Shown here piece after piece: positions 58,593 through 64,000 of a DNA stretch of 64,000 bases. The notes under the pieces are model-generated. The model was not told where the DNA came from. It ran no database searches and was given only the letters and a program-made list of their open reading frames with translations. Source of the DNA: Methylococcaceae bacterium (GTDB lineage Bacteria > Pseudomonadota > Gammaproteobacteria > Methylococcales > Methylomonadaceae); the NCBI GenBank assembly GCA_012959905.1, contig DUCI01000090.1, positions 4,384 to 68,383 of the forward strand, in the 5' to 3' direction. How positions within the stretch are numbered: position 1 is the first letter of the stretch; each line of letters begins with the position of its first letter. The translations under genes and the position numbers were made by a program.

Positions 58593-59455
58593 TGACAACG
58601 ACATCGTTTAAACCGGAAATGACAGCGGCTGGGTTGAGCCACTCGGCGAGCGTATCGTGTCTTGATGAGCGTGGTGAACAGCAGGAAATTTATCTGGTAG
58701 GTGAACGAGCATTGACGATTTATGTCGACAAACAGGAGATTGTAACGTTAATGACCATTGGCTCACACCCAGAGCTATTAACCTTGGGGTATTTGAAAAA
58801 CCAAGGTTTTTTTAACCGGTTAACGGAGCTTCAAGTTATTCAAGTGGATTGGGAAACGGAAGCGGTAGCGGTTGTTAGCGCGCAAGCCGACAGTGATTTT
58901 TCAGAGCAAATGAAGCGACGAACGGTGACCACTGGATGCGGTCAGGGCACGGTGTTTGGTCGACTGATGGAGAAGTTACAAAAGATTAAAGTACCCGATG
59001 TTAAGGTGAAACAGTCGACATTGTATGCCATGCTCGCAGCGCTCAATGCTTACAACGAAGTGTATAAGCAGTCGGGTGCTGTGCACGGTTGTGCTTTGTG
59101 CGAGGGGAGTCGAATTGAATTATTTGTAGAGGATGTTGGGCGTCATAATGCGGTGGATGTTATCGCCGGACATATGTGGTTGAATAATATTTCTGGGGAC
59201 AATAAAATTTTTTATACCACAGGGCGGTTAACCTCAGAAATGGTGATTAAAGTGACGCAAATGGGGGTTCCTATTTTATTATCGCGTTCGGGTGCCACGC
59301 AGATGGGTTTAGCTATGGCACAACAAGCAGGGGTGACCTTAATTTCCAGAGCAAAAGGGCAGCGATTGTTGGTCTTGAACGGGGGTGATAAGGTTATTTT
59401 TGATGCGATACCTGAACGGCGTCGAAAAAGTGACCGTCAGGGTGTTTTGAGATAA
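58592..59455 (+). CDS. fdhD: Formate dehydrogenase accessory sulfurtransferase FdhD
   Basis: EDVGRHNAVD and SRSGAT blocks. Loop TTGCGQGT sits where E. coli has RTGCGVCG. The start overlaps the mobA stop. Confidence 0.85.
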   Translation: MTTTSFKPEMTAAGLSHSASVSCLDERGEQQEIYLVGERALTIYVDKQEIVTLMTIGSHPELLTLGYLKNQGFFNRLTELQVIQVDWETEAVAVVSAQADSDFSEQMKRRTVTTGCGQGTVFGRLMEKLQKIKVPDVKVKQSTLYAMLAALNAYNEVYKQSGAVHGCALCEGSRIELFVEDVGRHNAVDVIAGHMWLNNISGDNKIFYTTGRLTSEMVIKVTQMGVPILLSRSGATQMGLAMAQQAGVTLISRAKGQRLLVLNGGDKVIFDAIPERRRKSDRQGVLR

Positions 59456-59471
59456 ATTGGGCTGATAACCT

Positions 59472-59741
59472 TTAGGTGTTTCTAGGGGCGGCAATGCGTT
59501 CTGCTAACGGTGGGTGGCTCTGGAATAACCGGCTTATGTATCGACCATTAATGCCGAAGGCAGCCCATTCATTAGACATTGTTTTGGGTGCACTGGTTCT
59601 TGGTAGCGCTTTTAAGGCCTTTATCCTTTTTTGTTGGCCGGCTAATTGAGCGCCACCGGTATCGGCTTTAAATTTACGGCGACGAGAAAACCGCATGACC
59701 CCGAGCAGCCTCGCTTTCCTCTCTTTTTGTACGGAGTAGTA
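59472..59741 (-). pseudogene. htpX: Truncated htpX (M48 protease) remnant, C-terminal ~80 codons only
   Basis: VMRFSRRRKFKADTGGAQLAGQQKRIKALKAL...GINGRYISRLFQSHPPLAERIAA aligns with the E. coli HtpX C-terminus ([31 protein letters not shown]...[25 protein letters not shown]). There is an upstream in-frame stop at 59742-59744. No HExxH or TM part is present, and nudF begins at 59823. Confidence 0.75.
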
Positions 59742-59822
59742 TTAGCTTTTGATAGAGAATTGACGTTCGTGAAATCAAGCCTGTTAACGGGGAAAATAAC
59801 GTTAGGTTTAAGAGGTGATATC

Positions 59823-60434
59823 TTGGAAACAGTTAAAAAGGTGAGGGTGATTGAGCAGGAGTATCTATACCGTGGATTTCTTAGTTTAAAGCGTATTCGG
59901 CTACAACATACGTTATTTGAAGGGGGGTGGGATGAAGAAATTGACCGGGAATTGATTGATCGTGGCGATTGTGTGGCGGTTTTACTGTACGACCCAGATG
60001 TTGATGCGGTCGTGCTTATTGAACAATTTCGGGTCGGAGCATTGGGACATACCGAAAAACCTTGGTTAATGGAGATTGTAGCCGGTATGGTGGAGTCTGG
60101 AGAAAATCCTGAGTCAGTTGCTTATAGAGAGACTATTGAAGAAGCCGGGTGTGCGATTAAAGAACTTCGCTATATTTGTGAGTATTATAGTTCACCAGGA
60201 GCACTTTCAGAACGCATGATCTTGTTTTGTGGGCGAGTCGATTCTGCTCAGGTTGGCGGTGTTCACGGTGTTCCAACTGAACACGAAGACATTCAAACCT
60301 GGGTTATGTCTTTTGAAGCGGCTTTGGATTTAATGAGACAAGGGGTGATTAATTCTGCAACGCCGATAATTGCGCTTCAGTGGTTGGCGTTAAATAGAGA
60401 AGCGTTACAACGAGAGTGGCGTTCAAAGGAGTGA
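59823..60434 (+). CDS. nudF: ADP-ribose pyrophosphatase
   Basis: Collinear with E. coli NudF (LYRGF.SL, Nudix box GMVESGENPESVAYRETIEEAG, ALQWLALN). TTG start at 59823 lies 6 nt after AGAGGTGA. The ORF-track ATG at 59646 would add about 59 aa with no homology and would overlap the htpX remnant. Confidence 0.85.
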   Translation: METVKKVRVIEQEYLYRGFLSLKRIRLQHTLFEGGWDEEIDRELIDRGDCVAVLLYDPDVDAVVLIEQFRVGALGHTEKPWLMEIVAGMVESGENPESVAYRETIEEAGCAIKELRYICEYYSSPGALSERMILFCGRVDSAQVGGVHGVPTEHEDIQTWVMSFEAALDLMRQGVINSATPIIALQWLALNREALQREWRSKE

Positions 60435-60456
60435 GTAGAAAGGGTTTGAGCGTTTC

Positions 60457-62106
60457 TTAGTGGTTGTTTATAAAGGCAGAGGTGTAGTGTTTTGGGCTCA
60501 ATATCGTGTTTTGGGGGGGCGTACGGTTATCTTGTTCTGGGTAATCTTGATTGTAATGGAGTCCACGGCTTTCTTTGCGTTGTTGGGCACTCAGAATAAT
60601 AAGTTCAGCAACAATAACGAGATTACGGAGTTCAAGGAGATCACTGGTGATGGTGAAATCGCTGTAATACTCATGAATTTCCGCTTTTAATAGTGTTATC
60701 CGCTCAAGGGCGCGATGAAGTCTTTTATCCGACCGTACAATGCCCACATAATCCCACATGACACGACGGATTTCATCCCAGTTATGGGCTATGATAACTT
60801 CTTCATTTGATTTGGCGACTTGCGACTCATCCCAAGGAGGGATAGTTGTTGGTACTGTTCTATTCGGGAGTTCTCGGAGAATGCTTTCAGCCGCTTGGTT
60901 AGCAAAGACAAGACACTCCAGCAGTGAGTTACTTGCCATTCGGTTGGCGCCATGGAGTCCGGTACACGCGACTTCACCAATGGCATAAAGACCTGAAATA
61001 TCTGTTTTGCTGGCGCTATCTGTGACAATGCCGCCACAGGTGTAATGGGCAGCAGGAACAACGGGTATTTTTTGCGTCGTAATATCAATGTTAAATTTTA
61101 AACATTGTTGGTATATGTTTGGAAAATGACGTTGGATAAATGCCGGAGATTTATGGCTAATATCCAAGTAGACAAAATCAATACCGTATTTTTTTATTTG
61201 GTGATCAATGGCGCGGGCGACAATATCTCTTGGCGCTAGTTCTTCCCGCTGATCAAATAAGTGCATAAAGGGCTCGCCGTTGGGCAGTAAGAGTTTCGCA
61301 CCTTCCCCTCGGATAGCCTCACTGATTAAAAAGGAACGGGCATCGGGATGGTATAAACAAGTCGGGTGAAATTGCATGAATTCCATGTTAGCAATGCGAC
61401 AACCTGCTCGCCATGCCAGTGACAAACCATCGCCGGTAGCAATATCGGGATTACTGGTATAAAGATAGACTTTATTTGCGCCACCGGTTGCCAGCACAAC
61501 AATGCGTGCGGAGATAGGAATAACCGTATTATTTTGGGAATCTAATGCATAAGCCCCGGTGACGTGACCCTCTGGAAACTGTCTAGATTTAACAGTCACT
61601 AAATCGATGGCATTGTGATGTTCTAGTAGTGTGATGTTAGCATGTTCTTGCGCCCGTTCCATGAGTGTTGAAATGACAGATTGACCCGTTGCATCAGCCG
61701 CATGCACAATGCGTCGATGAGAATGGCCGCCCTCACGGTTTAAATGCAAACGGGGTGAGTCGGGTCCATGACCGGCTTCGTGGGTAAAAGAAACCCCCTG
61801 ATTGATAAGCCAGTCAATGCTTTGTCTACCCTGTTTAACCGTTAAGGAAACAATATCTGGGTCACATAAACCCTCGCCAGTTTTTAAGGTGTCTTGAATG
61901 TGAGAATCAATTGAGTCGGCATCATCAAAAACGGCTGAAATACCCCCTTGTGCATAGCGGGTATTACTTTCCTCGGTGGTTAATTTGGACAGTATAGTGA
62001 CCCGGTGCAGGTCTGCTAGTTTAAGTGCTAATGTTAAGCCTGCGCCTCCACTGCCGACAATAAGCACATCTGTATAGGTGGAAGAGTAAGTGTTAGTCAA
62101 GGTCAA
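60457..62106 (-). CDS. nadB: L-aspartate oxidase
   Basis: DVLIVGSGGAGL FAD fold, RYAQGGI and HGANRMASNSLLE. Divergent from rpoE as in E. coli. Confidence 0.9.
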   Translation of the reverse strand: MTLTNTYSSTYTDVLIVGSGGAGLTLALKLADLHRVTILSKLTTEESNTRYAQGGISAVFDDADSIDSHIQDTLKTGEGLCDPDIVSLTVKQGRQSIDWLINQGVSFTHEAGHGPDSPRLHLNREGGHSHRRIVHAADATGQSVISTLMERAQEHANITLLEHHNAIDLVTVKSRQFPEGHVTGAYALDSQNNTVIPISARIVVLATGGANKVYLYTSNPDIATGDGLSLAWRAGCRIANMEFMQFHPTCLYHPDARSFLISEAIRGEGAKLLLPNGEPFMHLFDQREELAPRDIVARAIDHQIKKYGIDFVYLDISHKSPAFIQRHFPNIYQQCLKFNIDITTQKIPVVPAAHYTCGGIVTDSASKTDISGLYAIGEVACTGLHGANRMASNSLLECLVFANQAAESILRELPNRTVPTTIPPWDESQVAKSNEEVIIAHNWDEIRRVMWDYVGIVRSDKRLHRALERITLLKAEIHEYYSDFTITSDLLELRNLVIVAELIILSAQQRKESRGLHYNQDYPEQDNRTPPQNTILSPKHYTSAFINNH

Positions 62107-62263
62107 GGAGCCTGTAAAAAGAACCGATGTAAATAAAAGCTATTTTTAGCTAAAAACCTCGATGATGATACCTTTTTTTATGGTGTAATTGGGGAAGTTA
62201 AAAAAAACTGAAGGAAGATAGCGTTTATAGCGGTATTTTTTGTCTTCTTTAGCGAGGTGTGTG

Positions 62264-62857
62264 GTGCAAATTCAAGCAAAGACGAGTGACCAGTTTGATC
62301 AGGAACTTGTGTTACGCGTGCAGCGTGGCGATAAATCAGCTTATGATTTGTTGGTTCATAAGTATCAACACCGAATTACACAGTTAGTTAATCGTTATGT
62401 AAAAGACCCCAGCGAGGCGCAAGATGTGGCCCAAGAGGCTTTTATCAAGGCGTATCGGGCTATGGCTCGATTTAGAGGGGATAGCGCTTTTTATACGTGG
62501 TTATATCGGATAGCAATTAATACCGCGAAAAATTATTTAGTGGCACGGGCGCGTCGATCTTTTAATCATGAAGTTGATTATCAAGTTGCTGAGCACGGCG
62601 ACAGTAGTCAGTATCTGAGTGATTTAAATACCCCCGAAAAACTTCTTCTCAATGATGAGATTATTGCCAATATTCAGGAGACACTCGACGAATTACCTAA
62701 AAATATGCGAGAAGTTATTGTTTTGCGAGAGCTTGACGGGTTAAGTTATGAGGAAATTGCTAAAAGTCTTGATTGTCCTGTTGGAACGGTAAGGTCGAGG
62801 ATTTTTCGGGCGCGTGAGGCAATAGATAAACGATTGCAGTCATTACTTGAGACGTAG
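62264..62857 (+). CDS. rpoE: ECF sigma factor RpoE (sigma-24)
   Basis: QEAFIKAYRA...FRGDSAFYTWLYRIAINTAKNYL...LRELDGLSYEEIA...DCPVGTVRSRIFRAREAI is nearly identical in blocks to E. coli RpoE. GTG at 62264 lies 6 nt after GAGG; the ORF-track TTG is at 62240. Confidence 0.9.
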   Translation: MQIQAKTSDQFDQELVLRVQRGDKSAYDLLVHKYQHRITQLVNRYVKDPSEAQDVAQEAFIKAYRAMARFRGDSAFYTWLYRIAINTAKNYLVARARRSFNHEVDYQVAEHGDSSQYLSDLNTPEKLLLNDEIIANIQETLDELPKNMREVIVLRELDGLSYEEIAKSLDCPVGTVRSRIFRAREAIDKRLQSLLET

Positions 62858-62917
62858 TTTTTAGGCGCTTGAGTGCTGTGTTTTCATAGGGTTAGTTGTT
62901 ATTGGTTTGGGTTGTTT

Positions 62918-63361
62918 ATGATAGAAGAACGTGTGGTTGTATCGAAAAAAGAATATGGACAGGTTTGGGTTCGTACATTGCCGATTGCAAGTTGTGGGGA
63001 TTGTCAGCAAAAGTCAGCTTGTTCAACACCGTTAGTGGAAAAATTTTTGCAAAAGCGAGAGATTCTTGTTGAGACTGAGTTGGCGTTAGAATTAGGGGAC
63101 CAGGTTGTTGTTGCGATTAATGAAGGCGATTTTCTTAAAGGTTCTGTTGTTCTTTATTTAATGCCGGTAGTCGCGTTGTTGATTGGGGCGGGGATGGGTG
63201 AGGTGATAGCGCCTTATTTTGTATCGGTAAGTGTTGATGTAGTTGTTGGCATTACGGGGATCGTGTCGTTTTTTTTGTCGTTATTTTTAATTTATCTGGG
63301 TCAGCAGTCAGTTTTTTGTAAGTCTTTTACTCAACCCGTTGTCTTGAAGAAAGTTTTGTAG
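62918..63361 (+). CDS. rseC: RseC/MucC family protein
   Basis: N-terminal Cys cluster SCGDCQQKSACS followed by two TM helices, as in RseC. I chose the ATG at 62918 over the GTG at 62873. Confidence 0.7.
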   Translation: MIEERVVVSKKEYGQVWVRTLPIASCGDCQQKSACSTPLVEKFLQKREILVETELALELGDQVVVAINEGDFLKGSVVLYLMPVVALLIGAGMGEVIAPYFVSVSVDVVVGITGIVSFFLSLFLIYLGQQSVFCKSFTQPVVLKKVL

Positions 63362-63562
63362 CGTTGTTTCAGCGGTAAGGATGGGTGCCGGCAAGGTTTT
63401 TGTCTTGTAATTCTCTAAAGAGTCGCAATATTGGGTTTATAGGTATCGGTTAATGCGAGGTGGCTAAAAAGGTAGCGGCGGGCGAGTGCTTACTGAAATG
63501 GTTGTTTGTTTTAAGTCGATCAAGATAAGGTGGATGATTTTGGCCAAAATAATGAGGGTGAG

Positions 63563-64000
63563 ATGGTTAGAAAAGTAGTCAGTGGGTTGAGTCTATTGTT
63601 TTGGATGGCAAGTTCGTCGGTGTTTGCTCAATTACCAGATTTTACGCAATTGGTAAAAGAACAAAGTCGCGCAGTAGTGAATGTCAGTACCGTGCATAAA
63701 GCCCCGGAAATTAATAATCAATCGGGTGGTTCATTGCAGCCTGGACAAGTTCCGATGGAAGAGTTTTTGAAACGCTTTTTTGAGGGGCAAGGTCAGCGAC
63801 CGGGTCCGGGGCCACAGGGGCCACACGGAGGGCCAAGAGAATCTAATTCACTCGGGTCAGGTTTTATCATTTCTGAAGAGGGTTATATCCTAACGAATCA
63901 TCATGTGATTCAAGGGGCTGACGAAATTATGGTTAAGTTATCTGATCGACGTGAATTAATAGCGACATTGGTGGGTTCAGATCCTCGTACGGATGTTGCC
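63563..64000 (+). CDS. DegP/MucD-type periplasmic serine protease, N-terminal fragment (runs off the window)
   Basis: My translation: MVRKVVSGLSLLFWMASSSVFAQLPDFTQLV...SLGSGFIISEEGYILTNHHVIQGADEIMVKLSDRREL. It has a signal peptide and the catalytic-His block TNHHV. SD GAGGGTGA lies upstream. The frame is open to the window end. Confidence 0.85.
   Translation, partial: MVRKVVSGLSLLFWMASSSVFAQLPDFTQLVKEQSRAVVNVSTVHKAPEINNQSGGSLQPGQVPMEEFLKRFFEGQGQRPGPGPQGPHGGPRESNSLGSGFIISEEGYILTNHHVIQGADEIMVKLSDRRELIATLVGSDPRTDVA

Noticed and set aside
59646-59822. An ATG-initiated 59-aa N-terminal extension of nudF.
   Set aside because: It has no similarity to NudF, which aligns from about residue 60. It overlaps the htpX remnant on the other strand. 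A TTG with a strong AGAGGTGA Shine-Dalgarno at 59823 gives the canonical ~203-aa protein.
63493-63520. A sigma-E-type promoter upstream of the degP-like gene: CTGAAAT, 16 nt, TCGAT.
   Set aside because: The spacing matches the E. coli degP promoter (GGAACTT-16-TCTGA), but only about 4 of 7 and 3 of 5 positions match. That is too weak to call without a species-specific matrix or TSS data. I also found no convincing GGAACTT/TCTGA pair upstream of rpoE.

Overview
This 64 kb window looks like a densely coded chromosomal core region of a moderately AT-rich gammaproteobacterium. That assignment is judged from protein similarity and gene order only. I call about 70 protein-coding genes and found no rRNA, tRNA, CRISPR array, transposase or prophage gene by eye.

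Several gene blocks are arranged as in Pseudomonas or E. coli:
- bamD divergent from rluD-pgeF
- lptM-lysA-dapF-DUF484-xerC
- dusB-fis-purH-purD, divergent from aroQ-accB-accC-prmA
- cutA-dsbD followed by a TlpA-like gene
- nadB divergent from rpoE

Other recognisable content: pgm, dinB, ndh, the ABC-F gene yheS, phoBR, the Na+-pumping oxaloacetate decarboxylase oadGAB, msrB-apeB, uvrD, mobA-fdhD and nudF.

The loci that deserve a second look are:
1. A translationally coupled operon of two DUF1538 membrane proteins, a PII-like protein and a CBS-pair protein. A long-range 18-bp helix sits in its leader region.
2. A mosaic transporter locus. It has TRAP DctQM without DctP, an ABC ATPase with a TOBE domain but no permease, and a divergent TupA-like binding protein.
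3. A CzcA-type RND pump with no outer-membrane factor. Its adaptor lacks the alpha-helical hairpin and carries an extra N-terminal domain.
4. An rpoE-rseC-degP operon without rseA or rseB.
5. A truncated htpX remnant.
6. A stretch of about 450 nt with no listed ORF upstream of yheS.

All functional calls rest on my recognition of motifs in the supplied translations. No database search was run.
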